The translations under genes were made by a program, and so were the position numbers. Under the pieces are notes generated by a model that worked only from the letters and a program-made list of their open reading frames with translations, made no database searches and was not told the DNA's origin. A stretch of 64,000 bases of DNA from a virus (Duplodnaviria > Caudoviricetes): the IMG/VR virus record IMGVR_UViG_3300047571_000001, positions 1,314 to 65,313 of that record, one strand, 5' to 3'. Positions 7,459 through 17,271 of this stretch are shown here, one piece after another; position 1 is the first letter of the stretch, and every line of letters begins with the position of its first letter.

Positions 7459-8493
7459 TTAGCCGACGCAGGCGGTGTTCGTGATGCCGTATTGAGCAGA
7501 AGCGGTGCCGCCGCCGATGGCCTTGAATCCGTAATCGAGATAGTGATAGCCCTCGGCCAGCTTGAGGTTGACGATCGACGTCACCGGAATGCGTTGCCCG
7601 GCCGCTGGATTGCCGTCCGATGGCGTGCCTACTGTGAAACCATCGATCATCGTCATCAGGCTGAGGGCAGCGGTCGAAGTATTCGTCATGGTCCCCACCG
7701 TGAAAGCCTGCACCGCCTCGGTCGCCCAGCACAGGAATTCGACCTTGCTCACCGATTTCTCACCATAGGCGGAGGTCGAGGTCTCCGTCGATGTGCTGTC
7801 GGTCGAGCCGATGAGATCGCGTCGATCGCGGTTGAACCAAGAAATCACGAAGCGCTGCGTCGAGCTGTCCGCCCATGCCGGCCCCGTCACGCACCGAGCA
7901 AAGCCGACCAGCGTCCGGGTCTCGTCACCGGTCTTGACCTCTAGCCCCTTCTGGCCCGGCTGGCTCGACGTGCTATGGCCGGTCGTGTTCGCCTCGAGCA
8001 CGACCGTGCTGCCAGACATCGCCGCATAGATGTAATAGTTCGATGTCGGCGTCAGGCTGGTCGGCGGCAGCGAGACGCCAGCGGCGGGAACGGTGCGCGG
8101 CCGGCCGTCGATCGTGACCTGGTCGCCGTTGAAGGGCAGCAACACCAGGTTGGAGCCCGACTTCACCAGCTTGCACTGGCCGAACACCTCGGCGACCATG
8201 GCCGCGGCTGCGGGCCAGCCCATGAAGACCTGCTTGGTGCCGCCCGACGAGAACGTGCCCTTGCTGTCGAACGCCGTAGTGACCGTCACCTGGTTGGTAG
8301 CGCTGTAGGTCAGAAGCCCGGCCTTGAACGCGACGCCGGGCTCGATCACGGCGCCGAATGTGGTGTCGCCGACGCTCATCGAGGCACTGAAGGCGTTGTA
8401 GCCGGCATCGAGGGCGCCGGTGACTGCGAACACGCTCTGGCTGTTCGATGTCGATTGCTCGAACACACGGTCCCTGGGCGGAACGAAAGCCAT
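7459..8493 (-). CDS. Second tail fibre / receptor-binding protein
   Basis: N-terminal ~90 aa paralogous to 6286..7443; beta-rich C-terminus. Confidence 0.75.
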   Translation of the reverse strand: MAFVPPRDRVFEQSTSNSQSVFAVTGALDAGYNAFSASMSVGDTTFGAVIEPGVAFKAGLLTYSATNQVTVTTAFDSKGTFSSGGTKQVFMGWPAAAAMVAEVFGQCKLVKSGSNLVLLPFNGDQVTIDGRPRTVPAAGVSLPPTSLTPTSNYYIYAAMSGSTVVLEANTTGHSTSSQPGQKGLEVKTGDETRTLVGFARCVTGPAWADSSTQRFVISWFNRDRRDLIGSTDSTSTETSTSAYGEKSVSKVEFLCWATEAVQAFTVGTMTNTSTAALSLMTMIDGFTVGTPSDGNPAAGQRIPVTSIVNLKLAEGYHYLDYGFKAIGGGTASAQYGITNTACVG

Positions 8494-8494
8494 G

Positions 8495-9277
8495 TCAGAT
8501 CCTCTCTTCCATGCGCAGCTGCTTGCCGAAGAGGTCGAAGAGGACCCCGAAGGTCACGGGCGTGACGTCGGTCATGAGACCGTAGAACGAAGCCCGCGGC
8601 AGGTTCGGTGCATCCGGCTCGGTAATCAGCAGCAGATTGTTGCGGCGACCGCAGGCGCGATCGAGCCGTTCGATCAAGCCATATCTCTGCGCTTCCTCGA
8701 CCCATGGAAACGACAGGTCGATCTGGCGATAGTGATTGTCATGCCACACCAGCGACATGCCGGAGGACGATTTCGAGACGCGCGAGCGGTCGACATATTG
8801 CACCGAACCGCCTTGCGTGAAATTGACCAGCATTCCCTCGCGCAGGCCTTCGAGCACGAAGCCCGCCTCGACGTAGTCGGCGCCGGGATCTGCGATGTCG
8901 AAGCGCAGATAGCGCCAGGCCAGCGGGCTATCGAGCAGCAGGACGAACGACCCATAGTCGACGTCGAAGCTCTGATGACCATTGGCGAGTGAGCCGGTGT
9001 CGAGGACGTCTCCCGCCAGCCCGGTCGCGTCGATCGACGATAGTCGCAGGCGCACCGTTGCGGCTTCCGAGCAGGTCAGGCCTCCGATCATGATGGTGTC
9101 GGCGCTGATGCCCGCGCCATGATCGAGCACGACATAGTCGGATACGCTCAGCGAGCGCCAGCGTTCGGAGGGATGCGGTGTCAGCAATTTCGAGGCCGGC
9201 ATGGTCAACACCTGGCTCGATGCGGCGACGTTGCCTGCCAGGGCGAGGTTGTCCAGCACGAGAGCGGCGTTAGCCAT
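8495..9277 (-). CDS. Tail tip structural protein
   Basis: Position between hub and fibres; beta-rich composition. Confidence 0.7.
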   Translation of the reverse strand: MANAALVLDNLALAGNVAASSQVLTMPASKLLTPHPSERWRSLSVSDYVVLDHGAGISADTIMIGGLTCSEAATVRLRLSSIDATGLAGDVLDTGSLANGHQSFDVDYGSFVLLLDSPLAWRYLRFDIADPGADYVEAGFVLEGLREGMLVNFTQGGSVQYVDRSRVSKSSSGMSLVWHDNHYRQIDLSFPWVEEAQRYGLIERLDRACGRRNNLLLITEPDAPNLPRASFYGLMTDVTPVTFGVLFDLFGKQLRMEERI

Positions 9278-10856
9278 AGGCGGCGATCTCCACGACGTCG
9301 GCGCCGCCGGACGCGAAATTGACCTGCGCCTTCCATTCGACCACGGTCATCAGGCGGCCGAACCGCAGGTCGAAGCGATTATGCGTCACCATGATCACAT
9401 CGCCCATCTCGCGGCGCAGCGCCCGGCGCGGCAGCGGCATGCGATAGATCGCACGCGTCGTCTTGAACAGGTCGATCAGGCGCGCGGCCTCCGCGGCGGC
9501 GTCGGCTTCGTTGGCGAACCAGGACTGCACGGGATCGCGATCCTGCGCGAAGGGATGGTCGAGCTGGATCGTCGCCGAGCTCGCCTCCGCCAGGCGATAG
9601 GGTTCGGCGACAAAAGCCTTGCGCGCGGCCGTGACTGCGCCGGCGAGATCGGTCTGCACAGTCCAGTTGCGGGCGTAAGGCACGCGCCAGCGCCAGCGCG
9701 GCGGGCGGTAGGAATCCGGCAGCGGCTCGCGCTTGATGTCGCCGCCAATCATGTCGTCGCGTGTAAAGGATGCGACCGGCTGGCCCGACGGTGCTTCGAA
9801 GATCCGCACCTCGAACGTGCCGTCGAGGCGATGCCCGCCCCAGCCGCCGATGCCTCCCATCAGCGCCTGGACGAAGGCTGCGACCGTCAGATTGTCGTCT
9901 GGCCCGGCGAAATAGGCGATCGGCGCCGGCTGGACCGTGTTGACGGTCGCGAAGGAGGCAGCGTCGAGATCGTCGGGGTCCTCAAGCACGGTGCGCTCGC
10001 GCAACGCCCAGCGCACGATGTCGGCGGTGGTGGTGATGTAGCCGGCCGAATTGTCGCCGCGGACATCGGCGGTTACGGTGCCGGCCGCGCTGGAACCGAG
10101 CTTGACGAGGCCCTCGGCCAGGCAGGTCTTGAACTGGCCGGGCGAGACGCTGGCTGCGGCGAGCGTGGCGTAATCGGCGACATCGCCACCCGAGGTCAGC
10201 GGCACGGCGCGGTCGTAGACGGCGTCGACCGCCTGCACCGGGCCATCATGGAGCTGGTAGATCAGGAGGTTCGGCACCAGCAGCACCGGCGAGATATTGA
10301 GCGTGTTGCCGAACACCAGCGGCTTGCGCTTGCCGGCGAGATCCGCGCCGCCGTCGGCGCCGCCGCTGCCGCCATAGGTGTTCGGCTGCAGCGGCACCTC
10401 CAGCTTGTAGGAATAATCTTCCAGGTCGATCGAGATCACCTCGGTGTCGATATTCCAGCCGGACGCGGTGAGCTTCGCCAGCGGATAGGTGTCGGCATAG
10501 GGTGCATCGACGCGGCCGAGCCGGATCTGGATCGGCCGGCCGTCGATCGCATAGGACAAGGGCAGGAAATCATATTCGGCATCGTCGTTCGAAATCGTCA
10601 GGTTTCCGGTCCCGGTCGTGAACTGTCCGATGTCGCTCTGCATGATCGACCGCGAAAACGAGAAGCTCTGCAGCACGCCGCGGAACGGCTGGTTGGCCGG
10701 CGTGTCGCTCGGCTCGGTCGCGTAGCCCGCCGCGGTCGTGACGTAGATCTTCAGCGTCAGCTCGGCCGACAGATCCATCGTCATGTCGAAATAGGCGCGC
10801 ATGTCCCGCCGGTTGGCCGACCAGGACAGCGCGCACATCGGGGCAATGCCATACAT
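9270..10856 (-). CDS. Tail tip hub / central tail protein
   Basis: TGATG overlap gives start 10856; GKRKPLVFG, YQLHDG motifs typical of alphaproteobacterial siphophage tail proteins. Confidence 0.75.
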   Translation of the reverse strand: MYGIAPMCALSWSANRRDMRAYFDMTMDLSAELTLKIYVTTAAGYATEPSDTPANQPFRGVLQSFSFSRSIMQSDIGQFTTGTGNLTISNDDAEYDFLPLSYAIDGRPIQIRLGRVDAPYADTYPLAKLTASGWNIDTEVISIDLEDYSYKLEVPLQPNTYGGSGGADGGADLAGKRKPLVFGNTLNISPVLLVPNLLIYQLHDGPVQAVDAVYDRAVPLTSGGDVADYATLAAASVSPGQFKTCLAEGLVKLGSSAAGTVTADVRGDNSAGYITTTADIVRWALRERTVLEDPDDLDAASFATVNTVQPAPIAYFAGPDDNLTVAAFVQALMGGIGGWGGHRLDGTFEVRIFEAPSGQPVASFTRDDMIGGDIKREPLPDSYRPPRWRWRVPYARNWTVQTDLAGAVTAARKAFVAEPYRLAEASSATIQLDHPFAQDRDPVQSWFANEADAAAEAARLIDLFKTTRAIYRMPLPRRALRREMGDVIMVTHNRFDLRFGRLMTVVEWKAQVNFASGGADVVEIAAYG

Positions 10857-11272
10857 CAGGAACGATCCGTCAGAACCCAGGGCTCGATCTCGGCGAAATA
10901 GGCCAGCGGCGCGCCCTCCGTTTCGAGCATCAAATCCCACGCGGTCGAGCCGGCTCCGCGCACGGTGGCGAGGCCTGCCGCGTTGCCGCGCGCCGCGTGC
11001 GCACCGATGGCATAGGCTGTCGACGAGCCGGAAGCCGTGCCCTTGGCTGCGACGGCACCGACACCGGTCGCTGTCGAACCACCGGCCGCCGAGCCCTTGG
11101 CCGCGACGCCGCCGTAGCCCGCAACTGCGGCTGAGCCCGCCGCCGAACCCTTCGCCGCCGCGGCTCCAATGGCCGTGGCAAGCGACGAACCCGCAGCCAA
11201 GCCCGGCGCGCGCGTCGGGGTCCGATCGGACTCCGAAAACCGATATTGGCTGAACGCCCCGGTGCTGAACAT
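10856..11272 (-). CDS. Ala/Gly-rich repeat structural protein
   Basis: AAKGxAxGxS repeats; tail module position. Confidence 0.65.
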   Translation of the reverse strand: MFSTGAFSQYRFSESDRTPTRAPGLAAGSSLATAIGAAAAKGSAAGSAAVAGYGGVAAKGSAAGGSTATGVGAVAAKGTASGSSTAYAIGAHAARGNAAGLATVRGAGSTAWDLMLETEGAPLAYFAEIEPWVLTDRS

Positions 11273-11282
11273 GCGTCAGCCG

Positions 11283-11711
11283 TCAGTCCTCGGTAATCGT
11301 GGTGCCGTTGGTGATGACGGGTGGAACGCCGTTCGAGATCACGATCGCCGGCGAGAGCGTGCCGGAATAGAGGATCTTTCCGGTGCCGCTCACAGCCGTC
11401 CCGATCGAGAAGTACGTGGCCGTGGCCGTCCCGCCGGTCGCGGTCGGAAAATTGACGTCGTTGACCGGCGAGACGCTGTTGGTGGTCACCGTGAAGCCGA
11501 GCGTGCTGCGCGGCACCGCGACGCGCGCATAGGAGGTGTAGGCGACCTCATTGGTGGTCTGGTTGCCGGCTTCGCCCGGGTCAGCGCTGTGGAGCGCGAC
11601 ATAAAGGTTCGCCAGCGGCGAGGAAGCCGCGTTATCGGCGAGGTTGGCGATCGCCGTGCCGTTGAAGATCAGCTTGAGCAGGTCGTTCTCGAAAACGTCG
11701 CCTTTTGACAT
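11283..11711 (-). CDS. Small virion structural protein (Gp80-like family), paralog 1
   Basis: LYVALHSADPGE...EVAYTSYARVAV motif shared with 11727..12125 and 24341..24769. Confidence 0.7.
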   Translation of the reverse strand: MSKGDVFENDLLKLIFNGTAIANLADNAASSPLANLYVALHSADPGEAGNQTTNEVAYTSYARVAVPRSTLGFTVTTNSVSPVNDVNFPTATGGTATATYFSIGTAVSGTGKILYSGTLSPAIVISNGVPPVITNGTTITED

Positions 11712-11726
11712 GGTGATGATGTCCTT

Positions 11727-12125
11727 TCAGGTCAGGCGCAGGCGCAGCTGCCCCGCGGGGATTTGCAATGGCTGGCCGGTGGTGATAGTGCGCGGCATGG
11801 TCGGAACGCCCGGGCAGAGCATGTTGCCTGTCCCGGCGCCGGCGGCGTCCTCGATGCCGAAATAGGTGACGGTGCCCCAGTCAGCCGTGGCCGGACCGAA
11901 GGTGATCACCGTCGTGTTGACGCTGATGCCGGAGGAATCCGCCGCCCCCATGATTCCAGCCAGCGCGACGCGGGCATAACCGGAGCCAGAGACCTCGTTG
12001 GCATGCGAGCCGGCGGCGCCCGGATCCGCCGTATGGGCCGACAGATAGAGTGACGGCGGCGAATAGGATGCGACGCCAGTCAGATCGTCGACGATCTTCT
12101 GCCGCGCGTAGGAGGTTGCCGACAT
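11727..12125 (-). CDS. Small virion structural protein (Gp80-like family), paralog 2
   Basis: LYLSAHTADPG...EVSGSGYARVAL...ITFGPATADWGTVTYFGI. Confidence 0.7.
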   Translation of the reverse strand: MSATSYARQKIVDDLTGVASYSPPSLYLSAHTADPGAAGSHANEVSGSGYARVALAGIMGAADSSGISVNTTVITFGPATADWGTVTYFGIEDAAGAGTGNMLCPGVPTMPRTITTGQPLQIPAGQLRLRLT

Positions 12126-12129
12126 GGCT

Positions 12130-15081
12130 TTAGCCTCCTGCCTTCGCCGACGGCCGCCGCGAGCGGTCGCGATTATCCATGGCGGCGATCAGCCGATCGA
12201 GCCGGGCTGCGATCTTATCGCCATTGTCGTTCATCGCCTGGATCTGCGACAGCGCCGATGATCCAAATGCCTGGACCAGCGTCTGGGTCTGGGCAGCGAA
12301 ATACTGGCCGGTATCGGTCGACGATCCGCCGGTCAGGATCTGCGAGACCTGCGGCACCAGCGTCGACGTCGACATCGTCGACGCCGCGACAGTCGAGACC
12401 GACGCCGACGAACCCGCGGTGATCGAAGGCGTTCCGCCGATCAATGCGGCGAGCGCCGACGACACCGCCTGGTAGATCCCGGCATAGCCTTCCGATGAGC
12501 CGTAGAAGCTCTTGGCCTGGTTCAGCAGCGTGTCGGCGTATTTGGTGATCGATCCCAGCGCATCGGTGTTGCCGCCCTGCGCAAGGCCGAGCTGCTGTGA
12601 GAACTGCGATTGAGCCGCGGCCAGCTGATCCTGCGGCGACAGGATCGAACTGCTCCCCACCTGCAGGCTGGCCAGATAATCGCTGATGGTCTTGACCGAG
12701 TCCGTGATGTCGACGGTTGCCTGCTTGACGACGGTGGCGAGTTGCGGAAACTGCGTGATGAAGTCCGAGAAGCTCTCGCCGACGAGGCCGGCATCCTGGA
12801 CGATCTTCTGTGCCTCCACGGCATAGGTCGCCGCGATCTGCGCCAGCACGGAAGGATCGTTGCCGAGCTCCGCCGCAGATGCCAGATCAGCGGCGTGCTG
12901 CTTCTGTAGCGCCGCGGCGTCATTCAGATAGGATTTGCCGATCGCCGTGTTGTAGCGCTGGCTGAGGCTCGAAGTGAGATTGGCCGTGAACTGGTCGACG
13001 ATCGCCTTGATCTTGGCCTGCACGGCCGCGTCGATACCGGCCGCAAAGCCGTTGGTCTTCTCCCACTGGTTGATGGTGTCGATCAGGCCCTGGCCTTCAT
13101 CCTTGACGGCCTTGATCGCCTTGGCCATGTCGGACAAATCGGTCGGCTGTTCGAATTCGCCGACGAGGCGCTTGACACTGCCCTGGAAGGTATCCACCAG
13201 CTGAGCCGCACTGCTGTAGTCCTTGGCCTTCAGGGCGGCGCCTTCGAGCTGCCCAAAGGTCGAATAGAGCGACTGCAGCTCATTGGTGAGCGGGCCGAGA
13301 TCGACGCCGGCGGCGGCCTGGTTGAACTTGGTGACCTGGTCGGCCATCTTCGCCCACTGCGCCTGGGCTTCCTGCAGCTCCTTCTTGGCCTTCTGGTCGC
13401 CGGCAAAGATCGAGGCACCGATCGCGATGACTCCTTCGACACCACCCTGGACGAAGTTGCCGGAAAAGATGTCTGTCAGCGCCTTGTCGGCCATTTTCGA
13501 GGCCAGCTGGTCGGCAGCTCCGACCAGTGCGTCCATCGCCGACTTGCCCTGGAGCAGACCCTGGACGAACGTCTTGGCGAAATCGATTCCCGCATCGCGG
13601 CCTTCCTTGATCGCGTCGTTGACGCGGATCGCGGCCGCTTCCGACGATGCCAGTGCAGCCGGCACGTCATTGCCATAGATGTCGCGCAGCTGCTGCGCGA
13701 TCGCCAAATCCTGCGGCGACAGAAACGCGGTCTTGCGGTCAAAATCGATCTGGGAGGCAACCTTGACCTTGGCCAGATCGCCGGCCGCATCAGCCGCGTC
13801 GTCCGCAAGGCCCTTGATCTTCGCACGCAACGCCTCGGTGATCGGAACACCGGCATTTTCCGCTACCGAGACGAGCTGCGCCTCCGTCCGGTAGCGCGCG
13901 AGCGCCGCGGAGCCGAGCCCAACTGCATCGGCCTCGGCATAGAGCTGGTCGGTATGCCGGCGCGACGAATCGATCGCGCGGTCGAGCGCATCCTTCTGGC
14001 TCAAATCGGGCAACTGGGTCGTGGATGCGGTAGGCGTTACCCGGATCCGGTCCGGCTGCTTGTCGTAGAGCGCCGCGAGCTTGTCCAGCAGCTTGTCGAC
14101 ATCGGTAAGCGAGGCATTTTCGGGAAGTCCGAGCAGCCCGGCAAGATTGCGCGCCTTGAAGCCCGAGAATGATTGCTGGCTGATATCGCCGATCTGCTGG
14201 ACCAGCTCGCGCAGCCGATATGCGTCGTTGATCTGGTCATTGAGCTGGGCCTTGGTCTTGTCCTCGTCAGGCGTTGTCCATCGCCCAACCGCGCCGCTGG
14301 CGGCGCCAATGCCGGCGAGGATCTGCGACGCTAACCCTGCCATCTGCGTCAACAGGGGGAGGATCGAGGCCAGCGAGGCCTTGAATTGCAGGTCACAGAT
14401 CGCGACGGCTTCCTTCCATTGCGCGTTGAACTCGCGGGCCTTGGCGATGGTATCGTCGTCGATGATGACGCCGAGATCCTGCGCCTTCTTCTTCTGGTCC
14501 TCGATCGCGTCGGCGCCCTGGCGCAGGAACGGAATCCAGTCCTTGGATAGACCGACGATCCGCGCGATCCCCTGCTGAACCTGCGGCGAGGCGTTCTGCA
14601 TCAGGTTGGCGATGTCCGACAGCGCCTGCTTGGTCGAGATCAGCTGGCCGTTCTGATCCTTGATCGAGAGACCGTTGTCCTCGAACAACTTGCCGAATTC
14701 GGTCGCTTTCTGGCTGGCCTGCGTCAGATCATCCGAGATCTTGTCGAGTCCGGAGTAGAAATCCTTTTCCTTGACGCCGGGCGACATCGCCACGAACAGC
14801 GTCTCCTGAAATTGCTTGACGCTGAGCCCCGCGAGCTGCGCCCGATCCTCAAGGTCGACAAGCGCCTGCGACTGCTTTCCGACATTGTCGTAGAAGCTGC
14901 GCAGGCCCGCGATGGCCGCGACCGCAGCGATGCCGACGCCGGCTATCGCCAGCGCCGCGCTCTGCGCGCTGGAGATGCCACGCTCCGACGCATCCGCGGC
15001 CTTGTCCATGGCCTGCGAATACCGGTCGGCGCCGGAAGTGTCGGCATCGATCACGAGCTCGGTGACGGTCTGGTTGGACAT
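12130..15081 (-). CDS. Tail tape measure protein (983 aa)
   Basis: Long Ala/Gln-rich helical ORF after tail assembly chaperones. Confidence 0.9.
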   Translation of the reverse strand: MSNQTVTELVIDADTSGADRYSQAMDKAADASERGISSAQSAALAIAGVGIAAVAAIAGLRSFYDNVGKQSQALVDLEDRAQLAGLSVKQFQETLFVAMSPGVKEKDFYSGLDKISDDLTQASQKATEFGKLFEDNGLSIKDQNGQLISTKQALSDIANLMQNASPQVQQGIARIVGLSKDWIPFLRQGADAIEDQKKKAQDLGVIIDDDTIAKAREFNAQWKEAVAICDLQFKASLASILPLLTQMAGLASQILAGIGAASGAVGRWTTPDEDKTKAQLNDQINDAYRLRELVQQIGDISQQSFSGFKARNLAGLLGLPENASLTDVDKLLDKLAALYDKQPDRIRVTPTASTTQLPDLSQKDALDRAIDSSRRHTDQLYAEADAVGLGSAALARYRTEAQLVSVAENAGVPITEALRAKIKGLADDAADAAGDLAKVKVASQIDFDRKTAFLSPQDLAIAQQLRDIYGNDVPAALASSEAAAIRVNDAIKEGRDAGIDFAKTFVQGLLQGKSAMDALVGAADQLASKMADKALTDIFSGNFVQGGVEGVIAIGASIFAGDQKAKKELQEAQAQWAKMADQVTKFNQAAAGVDLGPLTNELQSLYSTFGQLEGAALKAKDYSSAAQLVDTFQGSVKRLVGEFEQPTDLSDMAKAIKAVKDEGQGLIDTINQWEKTNGFAAGIDAAVQAKIKAIVDQFTANLTSSLSQRYNTAIGKSYLNDAAALQKQHAADLASAAELGNDPSVLAQIAATYAVEAQKIVQDAGLVGESFSDFITQFPQLATVVKQATVDITDSVKTISDYLASLQVGSSSILSPQDQLAAAQSQFSQQLGLAQGGNTDALGSITKYADTLLNQAKSFYGSSEGYAGIYQAVSSALAALIGGTPSITAGSSASVSTVAASTMSTSTLVPQVSQILTGGSSTDTGQYFAAQTQTLVQAFGSSALSQIQAMNDNGDKIAARLDRLIAAMDNRDRSRRPSAKAGG

Positions 15082-15462
15082 TCAATCCCGCTTTTTGGCG
15101 AATTCGATCCGGAACAAGTTGTCGAGATCCTCGATGAGCTCGATCTCGAACGGTGAGAACCGCTTGGCCCCAAGTCGCGCGAAGGCTTCGATATCGGCAT
15201 AGGCTATCGGGTTGATGCCAAAGCCGGAGCCCGTGCGGCGGCCCGACAGGCGCTGAAAGGCGCTCCAGAGGTACAGCAGCGCCACTGGGAACGGAGGAAC
15301 CGCGAGCTGGGCCTCGATCTCTGCCCTGCCCTTGGTGCTCCGGGTGCGCTTGAGCTTGCCTTCCAGCTTCTCCCTAAGGGAGAAGCCGTCCTTGTCCTTC
15401 GCATCGAGAGCGAAGGTCGCCGCGGCGAAGTCCCTCAGCTCGTCGCCGAGGGCCGAATAAAA
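15082..15462 (-). CDS. Tail assembly chaperone frameshift extension (gpGT-like C-terminal part)
   Basis: Open -1 frame from the TAC 3' end with no convincing start of its own; PPFPxxLLYLWxxFxxLSxRR...PIxYxDIEAF motif. Confidence 0.75.
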   Translation of the reverse strand, partial: FYSALGDELRDFAAATFALDAKDKDGFSLREKLEGKLKRTRSTKGRAEIEAQLAVPPFPVALLYLWSAFQRLSGRRTGSGFGINPIAYADIEAFARLGAKRFSPFEIELIEDLDNLFRIEFAKKRD

Positions 15463-15884
15463 CTTTCGTCTTCCCTCAGATAATCGGTAACCTGCTTGAA
15501 CAGCCAGCTCTTGCGTGGATCGGCGAGCAGCGCTCTAGCATTGTCGGCCGAGAACTCGATCAGTTTGTCATCCAGCCGGATCGGCGTGAATGTCTTGGTG
15601 CGCTTGACGATGCTGTCGATGTTGCGCGCGCGCAAGGCATCGATCGATTCGTCATCGGCCTTCCACTTCTTGCCGTTGACGCGAGCCTGCTCCTTCTCGC
15701 GCGATATCCGCAGCTGCTCGCGGCCGACCTGGTCGGCCAGTGCAACAGTGACCGGATGACCAGGCCCGTAGAACGTCCAGATCCAGCCGGTCGGTTCTTC
15801 GGTCTTGGGGTGTTTGATATTGAGCGTCGCCTCGTCCATGGCATCGAGGCCGCCAAGATCGAAGGCGTCTTTGTCGGTATTCAT
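15435..15884 (-). CDS. Tail assembly chaperone (gpG-like, 149 aa)
   Basis: AAGGA SD, ATG 15884; between major tail protein and TMP; ends ESFIRPSATS. Confidence 0.8.
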   Translation of the reverse strand: MNTDKDAFDLGGLDAMDEATLNIKHPKTEEPTGWIWTFYGPGHPVTVALADQVGREQLRISREKEQARVNGKKWKADDESIDALRARNIDSIVKRTKTFTPIRLDDKLIEFSADNARALLADPRKSWLFKQVTDYLREDESFIRPSATS

Positions 15885-15990
15885 GGGAACGTCCTTTGTC
15901 GGAAGAGGTGGCCCGCGGCGACCGACATCACCGCGGGCCGATTGCCGGCAATCATTCTGTCGGGAATGTCTCGTCAGCGCCGCGCGGAGC

Positions 15991-17214
15991 TTATGGTGCT
16001 GACGTCTGGAACTTGATGATCGCCGCGTCGTGGCCGGCGCCGGCGCCGTCAATGCCAGCCAAGGCAACCGGCACCTGCACGCTCTGGGTTCGGCCGCCGC
16101 CCTGGTTCGAGAAGGCAGACGGATCGGCACCGCCAAGCGTGAAATTGCCCATATAGATCGAGAAGAAATCCTTGGGCTCGGCCTCATTGTCGACGGCGAG
16201 GACATGCAGCGTGTAGACCGTCTCGGCCAGGAAGTCCTGGAAGATGGTCAGGTCCTGGTAGAGCATGCCGAGGTTGATCGAGGTGCCCATCTGACCCGTG
16301 AAGACGTCCGGCGAATACTTGATGCCGCCGGAGCCGAAGACCGAGGGCGCATTCGGCGTGATGTCGGTCGTCAAGTCGAAGCTTGTCAGCGAGACCAGAT
16401 CCTCCCCGGCGAGCCGGATGGTGGCGTCGACCACCGAGAACGGCGCATTCGCACCCAGCGTGGGCGAGGTGAAGTAAGGCGACGATCCGGTCGCCTTGCC
16501 GAGGATGTTGCCGGTGCCGACACCCGACAGTCCTGCCATGATGATGCCGTCAGGCTTCATCGACAGTTTGAGTTGACCTGCGACAAAATCCTGCGCGACC
16601 TTGGATTGATCGATATCAACCTCGTATTCTTCCAGCGTGAAGTAGCGCTTGATCAGCGAGCCACCGGCAAACGGCACCAGCTTCTTGCCGCGGCGGACGA
16701 TCGAGCAGGACGTATCCGCGGACGCATTGACGATCAGCGTCTCGGCCGTGGTGATGGTTGTCGAACTCAGGTTCGTGATGCGGATGTTCTGCTGATTATT
16801 GCCACCAGCGTAATTGAGCAACTCGATCACGTCGCCGACGCCGAACCATGTGCGCGGATCTCCCGACGTGCAGACGATCGAGTTGGCGCCGGTCGTGAGC
16901 GATGTGAAATCGCTCTGCGTCTTGGTGAGATCCGCCGAAGACCACGTATCGCGCGCGATCGCCTCGACGAACGCATCATGCGAGCCGAGCGATAGCTCCG
17001 CATCGTAGTCCGCCGTCAGCTTCTGCGTGCCGTGGCGACCACGCTGACGCTGACCATCGCGCCGAATCTCGGCGCTTTCGACGGCGGCCTTACTGGCCTT
17101 GATGCCATTGCCGCCGGCGATGCGAAAGACGCTGGCGCCGCTGCCCGTTGCAGCCGTGCCGAGCGCCGACTGCACCTTGTAAGCGACATAGGCGTTCGAA
17201 TTCGACTGATACAT
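15991..17214 (-). CDS. Major tail (tube) protein
   Basis: VAYKVQSALGT, LKRYFTLEEY motifs; position. Confidence 0.85.
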   Translation of the reverse strand: MYQSNSNAYVAYKVQSALGTAATGSGASVFRIAGGNGIKASKAAVESAEIRRDGQRQRGRHGTQKLTADYDAELSLGSHDAFVEAIARDTWSSADLTKTQSDFTSLTTGANSIVCTSGDPRTWFGVGDVIELLNYAGGNNQQNIRITNLSSTTITTAETLIVNASADTSCSIVRRGKKLVPFAGGSLIKRYFTLEEYEVDIDQSKVAQDFVAGQLKLSMKPDGIIMAGLSGVGTGNILGKATGSSPYFTSPTLGANAPFSVVDATIRLAGEDLVSLTSFDLTTDITPNAPSVFGSGGIKYSPDVFTGQMGTSINLGMLYQDLTIFQDFLAETVYTLHVLAVDNEAEPKDFFSIYMGNFTLGGADPSAFSNQGGGRTQSVQVPVALAGIDGAGAGHDAAIIKFQTSAP

Positions 17215-17271
17215 GGATCAGGACCTCCGGATGAAGCGAGCGGCGCTCGCAGGTTGCGAGAGAAATGGCAG

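Noticed and set aside
6286-8493. Diversity-generating retroelement or invertible tail-fibre switch
   Set aside because: No reverse transcriptase, no TR/VR pair, no invertase or flanking inverted repeats seen.
9201-10901. Long + strand ORFs opposite structural genes (also 32637..34118, 38687..40411, 29383..30627)
   Set aside because: Antisense shadows expected from high-GC codon bias; no motifs or SD support.
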